DNA of 64,000 nucleotides from the IMG/VR virus record IMGVR_UViG_3300050156_000143, positions 160,001-224,000 of that record; one strand, given 5' to 3'. Below are positions 1-8,824 of the stretch, in pieces. The stretch comes from a virus (taxonomy: Duplodnaviria > Caudoviricetes). The notes beneath the pieces were generated by a model. The model worked only from the letters and a program-made list of their open reading frames with translations, did no database searches and was not told where the DNA came from. A program made the translations under genes and the position numbers. The first letter of the stretch is position 1, and each line of letters begins with the position of its first letter.

Positions 1-8
1 CGTGGAAC

Positions 9-419
9 ATGGATTCCACCCTGGCTCTCATTGTGTTACCCATGTTGCGGCAACTGAAAGCCAGTAAGCATGGGTCTGGTTTGGTGGACAGCGACGATGC
101 GCCAGATGAATTCAAGCCTATCACCGACGACGAAATGAAAGATGATGAAAACATTCACAAACGGTGGGATTATGTTTTGGGTGAAATGATTTGGGCGTTT
201 GAGCAGCTTCAGCCAGATTGCGACTGGGAAGATCAGTATTGCTCAGGCAACATTGATTGGAAATTTGTTGAATCTAATGTGGGAAATGGGTTGACCGAAA
301 TCCAAAAAGGTGACAATCACACTTTTGCCATCGACATGGATGGTCGAAAGAAACACCAAGACCGCATCACAAATGGGTTACGCCTGTTTGGGAAATATTA
401 TCAATCACTGTGGGACTAA
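9..419 (+). CDS. conserved phage hypothetical protein, 5'-partial
   Basis: Frame open from window start; RWDYVLGEMIWAFEQ...ITNGLRLFGKYYQSLWD resembles a recurrent large-phage protein. Confidence 0.75.
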   Translation: MDSTLALIVLPMLRQLKASKHGSGLVDSDDAPDEFKPITDDEMKDDENIHKRWDYVLGEMIWAFEQLQPDCDWEDQYCSGNIDWKFVESNVGNGLTEIQKGDNHTFAIDMDGRKKHQDRITNGLRLFGKYYQSLWD

Positions 420-420
420 G

Positions 421-615
421 ATGGGCGATGGTGGAAAAGGCGATTCTCCTCGCCCATTTAGTGTCAACGTTGAACAGTTTGTCTCGCACTGGGAGAGTAC
501 ATTTGGGAAACAACCGTCGAAGTTCACGGTGGTGGGAACGTGCGAACATTGTGGGGCAAAATTGTACGCAGACGGTTCCATCATCCACGAGAGCCATTGT
601 GTGAAGTCAGAGTGA
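421..615 (+). CDS. small phage hypothetical protein (MGDGGKGDSPRPFSV...)
   Basis: ATG 1 nt after the upstream TAA; in frame with ORF 310..615. Confidence 0.7.
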   Translation: MGDGGKGDSPRPFSVNVEQFVSHWESTFGKQPSKFTVVGTCEHCGAKLYADGSIIHESHCVKSE

Positions 616-651
616 TCTAGTCGGAATTTATTGAATTTGGTCTATTTGTAG

Positions 652-687
652 TACACTGCATTCACTGCAATGGCGCAGACAACTTTT
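652..687 (+). promoter_or_regulatory. conserved promoter/leader motif, copy 1
   Basis: TACACTGCATTCACTGCAatggCGCAGACAACTTTT, 34/36 identical to 3720..3755; begins with a TACACT -10-like hexamer, followed by GAGGAG SD and ATG 702. Confidence 0.65.
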
Positions 688-701
688 CGAGGAGCCAATT
701 T

Positions 702-959
702 ATGGTCAGCGATTCGGGCACAGTGACGTATGGAGACATCACCATTAGTTTTCGCACAAATGCTGATCGAACTCATATCCAAGTGAGTGATAATCTGGAA
801 CCCAGCACATTGCGGCTCGACAAATCAATTCCCAATCTGGCATTTTTTCGTGCGATGGCTGTGTTTTTCTGGGAAAACTCCGGCAACAATATGACGGCAC
901 AGGAATACGAGCAACTGTGTACGGAAGCTGGGTGTGACGAATTCCGTTGGCTCCCGTAA
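702..959 (+). CDS. hypothetical protein
   Basis: ORF with good SD. Confidence 0.75.
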   Translation: MVSDSGTVTYGDITISFRTNADRTHIQVSDNLEPSTLRLDKSIPNLAFFRAMAVFFWENSGNNMTAQEYEQLCTEAGCDEFRWLP

Positions 960-986
960 TACATTCAATCAGTTGAAAATTATCCC

Positions 987-1355
987 ATGCCAGCCATGTT
1001 CACCGGATGGAAAACACTTCAGCTCGACAACCTCAAAGTGCCAGTGTCGGCATTCTACCAACCTTCACTGAAGGGATTGAACCCAGTGGTTTACACCACG
1101 ATTGGTTCCACTGAAGTTGAGATTGATTACGGTGAAGCCAGCATTTTTGGCCATATTTCGCCAACTCCCGAGGACATCGTGACAATCAAGTCATTTGGGG
1201 TGGGTGATTTGACAATGCAAAAATACAATGGAATGCTGGCCGTTTTGGCAAAAAGTACAGGTCACCTGATTGCTCGGGTGGTGTTCGATGATGGCGACAG
1301 TGTGGTGAGACTGACTGTCCATGATGGACTCATCAAACAAATTGAGCTAACATAA
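987..1355 (+). CDS. hypothetical protein
   Basis: 122 aa ORF ending just before a terminator. Confidence 0.7.
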   Translation: MPAMFTGWKTLQLDNLKVPVSAFYQPSLKGLNPVVYTTIGSTEVEIDYGEASIFGHISPTPEDIVTIKSFGVGDLTMQKYNGMLAVLAKSTGHLIARVVFDDGDSVVRLTVHDGLIKQIELT

Positions 1356-1368
1356 CCAAAGAGAACAC

Positions 1369-1395
1369 AAAAACCCGGCCTAGGCCGGGTTTTTT
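1369..1395. terminator. bidirectional intrinsic terminator (CCTAGG hairpin family)
   Basis: Perfect palindrome AAAAACCCGGCCTAGGCCGGGTTTTT between convergent genes. Confidence 0.85.
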
Positions 1396-2282
1396 CATGC
1401 TAGGAGAGCAATGGCTTCCACATACACCAATTTCCAATACTTTTGGAACGCCTCTCTTTCACGATGGTTCAAACGGTTGAATGAAAATTTGCCAAACTTT
1501 GATCTGAAATTGATATTGAAAAATTTGAGAATCTGGGACTCAATCGCATCATAAAGTTCTTTGCCACGTTGCACGTCTTCTGCTACCGCAATCGCTATCT
1601 CATGTGCATAGGCCGATATCTCCATTGGGGCGGCATAATATGCCAACTTTGTCTTCCTAGTTTCTTCCTCGGTTCTAGCTGGGGTTAACCCATGAAAGTA
1701 TCCTGGGAAAACTTTGGTGTCATATTGCAGTCCAGGATTGTTCATATTTTGATAAGCGTGAACCAACTCGTGGATAAACACTTTGGAAAGCTCTGTTATC
1801 TCCAATGCCATGTCTAGATGGCGCAATCGTGAAATGGCAATTTGATACGCCACGAGTTCGGTTTCTACCGACAGATCATCGTTTAGTGCATTGATGTGGT
1901 TCGCTGTGGACTTCACCGTTTTATCCAAAATGTCGAACAGATAGGTCTCTGATATTTTTATTTTGCGACCAATGTATAGCGACACATTCCCCTCTTTGAA
2001 TTCAACCCCTTTTGCAAAATCACCACATATTTGCTCGAACCGGTTGGTCAATTTCGTAGACAAGGTTTTATCCAAGGTGCCCTCCATTAGCATTTTAAAG
2101 TGATCAAACAGCGTGTAGTTGGGGTATTTTCCATTAGCGATGTGCTGCAAATCTGGGGAATTTTCTTGAAATTTGGCCAATACTTGCGCCACACTTTGCT
2201 GGTATCCGTCGATGACGTCTTCCACAGTCGTCTTGAAATATTTCCCAACTGATATTGACTCAGTAATAGTGTTAATGTGCAT
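1395..2282 (-). CDS. putative HExxH zinc metallopeptidase, late gene
   Basis: FIHELVHAYQ plus downstream E (PMEISAYAHE); start moved to MHINTITE because TAAATA-N4-ATG lies at 2287..2292 (-). Confidence 0.65.
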   Translation of the reverse strand: MHINTITESISVGKYFKTTVEDVIDGYQQSVAQVLAKFQENSPDLQHIANGKYPNYTLFDHFKMLMEGTLDKTLSTKLTNRFEQICGDFAKGVEFKEGNVSLYIGRKIKISETYLFDILDKTVKSTANHINALNDDLSVETELVAYQIAISRLRHLDMALEITELSKVFIHELVHAYQNMNNPGLQYDTKVFPGYFHGLTPARTEEETRKTKLAYYAAPMEISAYAHEIAIAVAEDVQRGKELYDAIESQILKFFNINFRSKFGKFSFNRLNHREREAFQKYWKLVYVEAIALLA

Positions 2283-2329
2283 CCCATATTTAATTTGCAC
2301 AGTGTAGTAAATCGTGGCACAATCGTGGG

Positions 2330-2548
2330 ATGAATTATTCCCATAGTGAACGCCACAGTATTTTCAGAAAGTTGATCGATCCTCGAACCCACGAGATTTG
2401 GTACTGTGATAACATCAGACGCATCAAGACGGTGGAGGAAGTAGACTTCATTTGGGTCTACAAACCAGACAAGCCCCACCGAACAAACTTGATGCGAAAA
2501 GGTTACTTTTTTGAAAAACTTACCGAGGACTTGAAAAATGGATATTGA
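2330..2548 (+). CDS. hypothetical protein
   Basis: 72 aa ORF overlapping the next gene. Confidence 0.65.
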   Translation: MNYSHSERHSIFRKLIDPRTHEIWYCDNIRRIKTVEEVDFIWVYKPDKPHRTNLMRKGYFFEKLTEDLKNGY

Positions 2549-2906
2549 ACAAATTGTTCCAGATATTGTTTTTGTGCGAGTATTTAAACACATTTATACT
2601 GAAGATGGCGAAACCGGGATTGAATATGTTGCTGGCTTCGACTTGTGGCAGTTCCCAGACCACATCGATCAAGCATCTGATGTAATGGAACACCCTGATA
2701 CCAAACATATGTTCATCGTGTCGGGAATTGTGACCGATACTGCATATGAAACTGCTTGTCAAGCCGCGCACGCAGGATACATGATGTATAGTGCTGTTCA
2801 TGATGAGGTATCAGTGATCGACGAAAATGACGAAACCGTTGAATCATATTCAATGTCAGATTTACTCGATGATGAAGAAATACCGGCAGAAAGAACGTTG
2901 CACTAA
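2538..2906 (+). CDS. acidic hypothetical protein
   Basis: 122 aa ORF. Confidence 0.7.
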   Translation: MDIEQIVPDIVFVRVFKHIYTEDGETGIEYVAGFDLWQFPDHIDQASDVMEHPDTKHMFIVSGIVTDTAYETACQAAHAGYMMYSAVHDEVSVIDENDETVESYSMSDLLDDEEIPAERTLH

Positions 2907-2910
2907 CGTC

Positions 2911-2946
2911 AAAACGGTGGTGGGTAAAAAAACGGTGGTGGATAAA
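2911..2946 (+). repeat. 18-nt near-perfect tandem duplication upstream of a late promoter
   Basis: AAAACGGTGGTGGGTAAA / AAAACGGTGGTGGATAAA; second copy runs into TAAATA. Confidence 0.7.
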
Positions 2947-2952
2947 TAATTG

Positions 2953-3669
2953 ATGACAAAAATTCCGAAATCTGATATGTTACGCGACGCTAATCGGTTG
3001 TATTACCATGTATCACCTTTGCCAAAATTTACAGGAAATCGGCAAGACAGCATTTCGGAAGTTAATCTCATTTTGGATGAATTGCAAACCAGACAGTCAG
3101 AAAGTGATTTACCCATACCCGAGTATCGTACATTGGTGAGGTTGATTGCTCGGTATGAACGCATGCTCCAAGCCTTGGAATCTGGTGGCAGAGCATTTGG
3201 CAACAATGCGGGCATTGGTTCCACATCGTTTTATGCAACTTCTCAGCCAGAGTTTTGGCAATCTGTTCAGGAAGATGAACTCGGCGTTGACTACAGTAGA
3301 GGTGGAATATATGCGATCATCTTGAAACGCCCGAGGACTGAACGAATGGTGCCAGCAGGTATGGGAACATTGGCACCAGAAGTTTCGGTATCACTGTCCA
3401 ATGTGCAGACAATCTTGGGGCCGTTTAAGACGACAACTCAAGCGGATACGGCGATCAACCACAATAAAATTACACGTGGTAGTGCGGTTCCAGTCACGCC
3501 CGGACACAATACATCCGGTAAGAAAGTCATCACCGACCCAGACGAAAGAATGAAATATGCAACCTGGGGCCAATTGTTCGCAATGATTGATGGAATAGAG
3601 CACCGTGTTCCGCGTGGGGCATTGGATGATGATTTTGACCCGGTGATCCAAACCCACATCAAAACGTAG
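2953..3669 (+). CDS. hypothetical late protein
   Basis: TAAATA (2943..2948)-N4-ATG; about 238 aa ORF. Confidence 0.7.
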   Translation: MTKIPKSDMLRDANRLYYHVSPLPKFTGNRQDSISEVNLILDELQTRQSESDLPIPEYRTLVRLIARYERMLQALESGGRAFGNNAGIGSTSFYATSQPEFWQSVQEDELGVDYSRGGIYAIILKRPRTERMVPAGMGTLAPEVSVSLSNVQTILGPFKTTTQADTAINHNKITRGSAVPVTPGHNTSGKKVITDPDERMKYATWGQLFAMIDGIEHRVPRGALDDDFDPVIQTHIKT

Positions 3670-3719
3670 AAAGACCAACTTGGTGATGTGGGTATTGGCA
3701 TGTTGAACAAAACTGCTGC

Positions 3720-3755
3720 TACACTGCATTCACTGCACTGACGCAGACAACTTTT
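3720..3755 (+). promoter_or_regulatory. conserved promoter/leader motif, copy 2 (upstream of captured BREX cassette)
   Basis: Preceded by TG (extended -10 TGCTACACT), followed by AGGA SD and ATG 3767. Confidence 0.65.
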
Positions 3756-3766
3756 TAGGAAACAGC

Positions 3767-3925
3767 ATGAAATACGTTTATGTAGCCACCAAGGGCGGCG
3801 AGGTGTTTTACTTTTTGAGTGACTCGCTCGACCCTGCCACCCACCAACTTTGGCTGCGTAATCCTCAAACCCTGTATGGCGTGGAGAGTTCGATCTTCGC
3901 GCCGGGCGTGAAAGAGGGGGCGTGA
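3767..3925 (+). pseudogene. chimeric ORF: phage N-terminus fused to the C-terminal tail of BREX WYL regulator BrxR
   Basis: MKYVYVATKGGEVFYFLSD + SLDPATHQLWLRNPQTLYGVESSIFAPGVKEGA; second half resembles recalled BrxR C-termini; stop overlaps the brxA GTG. Confidence 0.65.
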
Positions 3926-4518
3926 TCGTGAGCCTCTATAACGCTGAAATCACTGCTGGCTCTTTGTTAGTGCCCGAGAGCCGCCGCATTGCGCGGCTGC
4001 TACTCACCCACCCAACGGCTGAGCAGTGGGACGAGGCCATGAAGCAGCAAAACCTGTTGCAAAAGTCGCCCGCCACTGCACAACGACAAGCACGCCTGAT
4101 TCGCAACCGGCTGGCAACGCTAGACGATGAGGGTCTACAGCTTGTCTCCGAAGGCGACGGCGAGATTACGGGGCAGGTATTGCTCGCTGCGGCTGCCCAG
4201 CACAGTCAATTGCTGAGTGACTTCATGCGCGATGTGTATGCGGCTGACCTGCGTCGCCTTGAGCGCACCTTAAGCCATCGGCAGTGGGAAGCCTTCCTCA
4301 CCGAATGCGAGCACCGTGACGCCAGCGTCGGCACCTGGGCCGATACGACCTGCAAAAAGCTCTTTCAGGTCATCGTCCGAATGCTGGTTGAAGCCAAGTT
4401 CCTCGATAGCTCACGGCGCATGGCACTCACGCCGCCCATGCTTCACCCTAAGGTTCGCGCCTACCTGATACGGCTGGGTGCTGAAAAAACGCTCGCCCGC
4501 ATGGAAACCACCGCATGA
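3922..4518 (+). CDS. brxA: BREX protein BrxA (DUF1819)
   Basis: YNAEITAGSLLVPESRRIARLL...QNLLQKSPATAQRQARLIRNRL...W...T.KKL.QVI.RMLVEA.FL; full-length 198 aa; GC-rich vs flanks. Confidence 0.92.
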   Translation: MIVSLYNAEITAGSLLVPESRRIARLLLTHPTAEQWDEAMKQQNLLQKSPATAQRQARLIRNRLATLDDEGLQLVSEGDGEITGQVLLAAAAQHSQLLSDFMRDVYAADLRRLERTLSHRQWEAFLTECEHRDASVGTWADTTCKKLFQVIVRMLVEAKFLDSSRRMALTPPMLHPKVRAYLIRLGAEKTLARMETTA

Positions 4519-4781
4519 AAACGTCTTTTGAAGAACGCCTGAATCAGGTTCTGCCTCGGTTGGCATCGCCGGACGTGCTGGACAACCTGGGCGCTGGTGG
4601 CGAGATTGGTTTTTGGATCTTCGACTACCCGACTCCATCCGAGTTGGCGATGTTATGCGATCTGGAAACGTTCCAACCATCTGAGGGAGACCCGGATCAT
4701 TACACATTTGACGACAATGTGGACTTGACGGTGGCTGGATTTAATTTCAGTTCACCCGACGAGTTTGAATCGGATTTCTGA
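4515..4781 (+). pseudogene. brxB: truncated BrxB (DUF1788) N-terminus fused to an acidic phage-like tail
   Basis: FEERLNQVLPRLASPDVLDNLGAGGEIGFWIFDYP matches the BrxB start; similarity and high GC stop near 4630; ATGA overlap with brxA. Confidence 0.8.
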
Positions 4782-4826
4782 TCCCCCCACCGTTAATTAA
4801 ATATTCACTTCACGATAGGAATCACA

Positions 4827-4976
4827 ATGTTCAAAACGATTTTCACCATTATTTTCGCCACTTTTGCCATCACCGGTATCACCAAACCCGTGTCAGACGG
4901 GGAATGCGGCAAGAATGGAGCACCTTGTATGCAGCATGAGCCAAAATGTACTCCAGAAAGTTGTTCGTCAAAATGA
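4827..4976 (+). CDS. small secreted Cys-rich peptide (49 aa)
   Basis: MFKTIFTIIFATFAITGITKPVSDGECGKNGAPCMQHEPKCTPESCSSK; AGGA SD; TAAATA at 4798; terminator follows; below ORF-track cutoff. Confidence 0.6.
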   Translation: MFKTIFTIIFATFAITGITKPVSDGECGKNGAPCMQHEPKCTPESCSSK

Positions 4977-4989
4977 TGCAATACAGTTG

Positions 4990-5015
4990 AAAAAAGCGGC
5001 CTAGGCCGCTTTTTT
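4990..5015. terminator. intrinsic terminator (CCTAGG family)
   Basis: AAAAAAGCGGCCTAGGCCGCTTTTTT. Confidence 0.85.
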
Positions 5016-5034
5016 CTTGTCTTATAAATACCAA

Positions 5035-5715
5035 ATGCGATTACATGAAATAGTTGATACTGCGTATAAGGTGACAAAAACAAATGGACAACACGATTTG
5101 CCAAAGATGATCGACAACCTTATGGCAAACGCCAACACGGAGCAAGCTGGAGTGTATGCACAAGGCTCACAAACCTCTGATCCATTCGTGTATCAAAAGA
5201 AGAATTTCTTGCCTTCTGAGTTAAAAAATGATGGGTATTTCAACTATATTAGAGCAATTAACCCCCACATAAAGAGTAACCCGTTTTTTCCACGAGTTTA
5301 CATGGTGGAACTCGATGTTGATGCCGATGGGCTGAAAGTTCCCCGATATGAAATGGAAAAGTTACTTAAACCGTCGCACGTCGGTCAAGAGGCCGTCATG
5401 GGTTTAGCTCAAAATCTAATTCACGGGTTTTCACTACGAGACAATAGTTTAGAAAACATGTGGGGGTACTTGGTGAAACTATTGGCACGATACGTCTGTG
5501 GCGACACTTCAATTGCCGAATATTTCACCTCAACGAAGCTGAAGCAGGCATTGGATTTAATTAAGCAGACTTTGGCAAGCAATAAAAACTTTAAGTGTGA
5601 TATTCACACCAACAATTGCATGGTTCGCATGACCAAATTTGGCCCACAACTTGTGATCACCGATCCGATTGAGGATCGCGTTAGTCGCATATCCAGTAGA
5701 CCCACGATTCATTGA
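5035..5715 (+). CDS. protein-kinase-like fold protein, late gene
   Basis: FFPRVY, YEMEKL, catalytic-loop-like DIHTNN and LVITDP; TATAAATA (5023..5030)-N4-ATG; starts MRLHEI. Confidence 0.65.
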   Translation: MRLHEIVDTAYKVTKTNGQHDLPKMIDNLMANANTEQAGVYAQGSQTSDPFVYQKKNFLPSELKNDGYFNYIRAINPHIKSNPFFPRVYMVELDVDADGLKVPRYEMEKLLKPSHVGQEAVMGLAQNLIHGFSLRDNSLENMWGYLVKLLARYVCGDTSIAEYFTSTKLKQALDLIKQTLASNKNFKCDIHTNNCMVRMTKFGPQLVITDPIEDRVSRISSRPTIH

Positions 5716-5798
5716 CCACATGTTTTAGTCAGGTACAAGGCACATTTCTCCACTGGGTGCTATGATTGCGTCATCGTAACCCAACCGAATAAACCACC

Positions 5799-6197
5799 AT
5801 GATCAACATGAAGCACGCCACCTTGACCGCCATTCTTGGGATCGCAGCGGTGACCGCGCCGTTTGTGCAATACGTGCCGAGCACTCACCTAGCATCCAAG
5901 ACGGTTAACGGTGAATTTGTGTTCTTCCCTCCTAACACCATTTCCATCAGTACGGAACACCTGAATTATTACGAGTTGACTGACATCGACGCGGTGACGT
6001 TTACCAAAAACAAACGAACATACGTGCTATCTATTCGGTGTGAAACGTGTGACCTGTCCGCACATGACATTGAGTTGCTCGCAACGGTGTTGCGCCAGCC
6101 TGATGTGTCTTACGAAAAACTGATGGCGTTGAACAGCAAATTGGACTCTTCGATCTTGACGGAACAAGTGCCCGACAATGGCCCTGCATTGTTGTAA
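5799..6197 (+). CDS. exported hypothetical protein
   Basis: Signal-peptide-like N-terminus; extended -10 TGCTATGAT at 5758. Confidence 0.65.
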   Translation: MINMKHATLTAILGIAAVTAPFVQYVPSTHLASKTVNGEFVFFPPNTISISTEHLNYYELTDIDAVTFTKNKRTYVLSIRCETCDLSAHDIELLATVLRQPDVSYEKLMALNSKLDSSILTEQVPDNGPALL

Positions 6198-6819
6198 AAC
6201 ACTACCGAAAACATTGTATGTTGCGTTTAGTGGAGGAGTTGATTCAGTGGTGTTGGCCACATTGGCTCTCAAACTCAAGCGCAACGTGCGGCTAGCGTTT
6301 TTTCATCATGGAAACGCTTACGCAGACGTTGAATACCAGTTTGCACAACAATTTGCTACCCAGCGTGGTCTCCATCTTGAGGTGGCGGGTATGCCAACCG
6401 TGGTGCGCAATCGTGAACACGAATGGCGCCACGCTAGATATGAGTTTTTTCAATCGTTGCCCCATCCTGTTGCCACTGGGCATCATTTGGATGATGCAGT
6501 GGAATGGTATCTGATGACTTGCCTCAAGGGAGAAGGACACTATATGTTGTATCAAAACAACAACGTGTTCAGGCCCATGTTGCTACAACGTAAAGAAACG
6601 ATTCAGCATTATGCTGAAGAAAATGGTCTAACGTGGATCGACGATCCATCCAACCATGATGTAGACTTTGCCACTCGCAACCGAGTAAGACACCTTTTGC
6701 TACCACAGTGCCTGGAAATCAATCCAGGTCTGCATGAAACCGTGCGCCGCCACATTCGCAACAAAATTCACCCACCGAAGGACTCCACATGTTTGAACTC
6801 ATCGTGCTTGCAACCTTGA
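6178..6819 (+). CDS. tilS: tRNA(Ile)-lysidine synthetase TilS/MesJ, catalytic domain only
   Basis: PP-loop VAFSGGVDS, ATGHHLDD, RPML, WIDDPSN, RNRVR. Confidence 0.9.
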   Translation: MALHCCKTLPKTLYVAFSGGVDSVVLATLALKLKRNVRLAFFHHGNAYADVEYQFAQQFATQRGLHLEVAGMPTVVRNREHEWRHARYEFFQSLPHPVATGHHLDDAVEWYLMTCLKGEGHYMLYQNNNVFRPMLLQRKETIQHYAEENGLTWIDDPSNHDVDFATRNRVRHLLLPQCLEINPGLHETVRRHIRNKIHPPKDSTCLNSSCLQP

Positions 6820-6968
6820 TCCGCCCGGTCGATAACACACCTCCACGTGAAGTCAGGATGACGCACTTAGCCACTTCTGCTGAAAACTGTGAAAAGGTGA
6901 AGCAACAATTGATTTCCAAGTTGGGCAATCGTTACCAAATCAATTCCGCAATTTGCAAGAAAGTGTGA
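6789..6968 (+). CDS. small exported hypothetical protein (59 aa)
   Basis: MFELIVLATLIRP...AICKKV; fills gap between tilS and next gene. Confidence 0.5.
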   Translation: MFELIVLATLIRPVDNTPPREVRMTHLATSAENCEKVKQQLISKLGNRYQINSAICKKV

Positions 6969-6972
6969 CCAC

Positions 6973-7359
6973 ATGAAAGCGATTCATTATGCTTGGGCCT
7001 GGTTGATTAACAACGGTCTCACGGGCGCAAAGTTTGACTACTACATGGGGGAACCAACTCGAAAATCCAACAGCGAAGCCACGTTTCGTAGACTACAAGC
7101 ACAGAGTAAGTCTGATATTTCCAAAATTGGCGTGGATTGGGATAAAACTTCTCATCCATTTTTGGAGTCGTTCTCTGAGTTTACCGATACCAATTCCCCA
7201 CCAGCCACCAAATACGGCATTTCTGGTGCAATCCGGTTGAAAAACGGTGAGGTGCAACATTGGATCGCATCGGCGCCTGACCCGATGGAACTATTTTCTC
7301 ACGTGGCTGACAATGAACATCTAACAACCGTGGCCAAAACCTTGTTCGGCGAAATTTGA
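6973..7359 (+). CDS. hypothetical protein
   Basis: 128 aa ORF. Confidence 0.7.
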   Translation: MKAIHYAWAWLINNGLTGAKFDYYMGEPTRKSNSEATFRRLQAQSKSDISKIGVDWDKTSHPFLESFSEFTDTNSPPATKYGISGAIRLKNGEVQHWIASAPDPMELFSHVADNEHLTTVAKTLFGEI

Positions 7360-7425
7360 ATTCACGTTGTGCGGACGATGGTTGTAATTTGCACAACAAT
7401 TTGAACACAACCATGAAGGAACATT

Positions 7426-7845
7426 ATGACCGAAAAAACTTTGATTCTTGCTGGAGTTGATGTATATCACATCCAAGCTCTGCGCGAACAAATTGCGCAA
7501 GAAGCCAACAAATTTGTCTCCAACGGCATCGACACCGTGAAGGCGACTATGGGCATCATCAAGCCCATGTTGGAAGACACCGACGACGCCGATCCCAATG
7601 TGGACTCCGAACTGGAAACGCAATGCACTGAACTGCTTCAACTGCTGAAAGATATCGAACTGGTGAGTGATTGCTCGGGGATGTCATATTATTTGCCCTG
7701 GGATGGCGAGTACGATGAAACCCCGTTTAGCTGCACGTTTGATGACAACGCTCCGGGCAATCTGTCAACCCTGTTCTCAGAACTGTATAACCAGTTGGAA
7801 GGCATGGAGTCGCAAAGTAAAGCCTGGAATGACAGCACCTGCTAA
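7426..7845 (+). CDS. conserved phage hypothetical protein
   Basis: GAGGA SD; ends in W..S.C typical of small jumbo-phage proteins. Confidence 0.75.
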   Translation: MTEKTLILAGVDVYHIQALREQIAQEANKFVSNGIDTVKATMGIIKPMLEDTDDADPNVDSELETQCTELLQLLKDIELVSDCSGMSYYLPWDGEYDETPFSCTFDDNAPGNLSTLFSELYNQLEGMESQSKAWNDSTC

Positions 7846-7891
7846 TGGGTAAGTTATAAGGGCCATGCTGGCCCTTATTTTGGGAGTAAGT

Positions 7892-8824
7892 ATGATCCTC
7901 ATTGGTTCTGCCGCATTTGCGCAGTTTGATTTGTCTGTTGTTTCCACTGACATTGATCTAGTCGGGTCTTATCAAGAGATTTACAAACTGAAAGCCAAGT
8001 TGCGTCCAAAGTTGTTTTACCCGACTTCAAACGGTGATAAGATTTTCATGCGTTTGAAAACAGGTGAGATTTATGACTTGGAAATAGCTTGGCCCAACGG
8101 CATGGGTGAAAAGTTGGTCAAGTTCATTCAACAATATCCCCACTCTTGCACAAAAATTGAATTGCACGGGTTTCAGGTCGATGTTCCTGGGATCAATTTG
8201 CAATTGTTGCTCAAGATGTCCCACCGGTATAAGAAAAATTCCGCCCACTTTTTGAAGACCATGCGGCATATTCACCGTCTTCGCAATTTGGGGGCAATTA
8301 TTCCACCAGAATGGCAGGACTACTATCACAACAGAATGGCAGACACTTATTCGTATCACCATCCAAATCTATCGGTGTCCAAGACCGATTTTTTCAATGT
8401 GGATTACACGGGTGTTCCACAGGTTTACGACCATGACAGTATTCATGAAGTTGTCGCCATTGATGGGAAACCTGCCTACCTGCATTACAAGATTCCTGGA
8501 CAAGAGGTGCAGTGTTCCAAAGACCTGTTCTATTCAGTTCCAGCATCCACTAGAATCAATGGAGTAGTGGAGGAAGCAATGGTTCTAGCGCTAGAGAGAT
8601 CGATAGTCCCCTATCCCGGCGCCATGACTGATGACCAGGCGTTCACCAAGGCGTTGGAAAAGGTTTGCACTTCCATCACATCCGGGTGGTTCCGTGAATT
8701 TGCGTGGGAGCATTATGATGCGGCATTGAGCAAATTCCACCTTTTGCAAACCGACTCGCCATTATCTGAAAAGTTTAACCAAGCTGTGATTAACGGCACA
8801 GTCAAAATGAAGGAAACTATATGA
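7892..8824 (+). CDS. pol-beta-superfamily nucleotidyltransferase-like protein
   Basis: N-terminal LIGSAA-x9-TDIDLVG matches hG[GS]...DhD; GGGAG SD favours ATG 7892; ATGA-coupled to thg1. Confidence 0.6.
   Translation: MILIGSAAFAQFDLSVVSTDIDLVGSYQEIYKLKAKLRPKLFYPTSNGDKIFMRLKTGEIYDLEIAWPNGMGEKLVKFIQQYPHSCTKIELHGFQVDVPGINLQLLLKMSHRYKKNSAHFLKTMRHIHRLRNLGAIIPPEWQDYYHNRMADTYSYHHPNLSVSKTDFFNVDYTGVPQVYDHDSIHEVVAIDGKPAYLHYKIPGQEVQCSKDLFYSVPASTRINGVVEEAMVLALERSIVPYPGAMTDDQAFTKALEKVCTSITSGWFREFAWEHYDAALSKFHLLQTDSPLSEKFNQAVINGTVKMKETI

Noticed and set aside
3922-4781. Complete BREX defence system
   Set aside because: brxB is truncated and brxC, pglX, pglZ and brxL are absent
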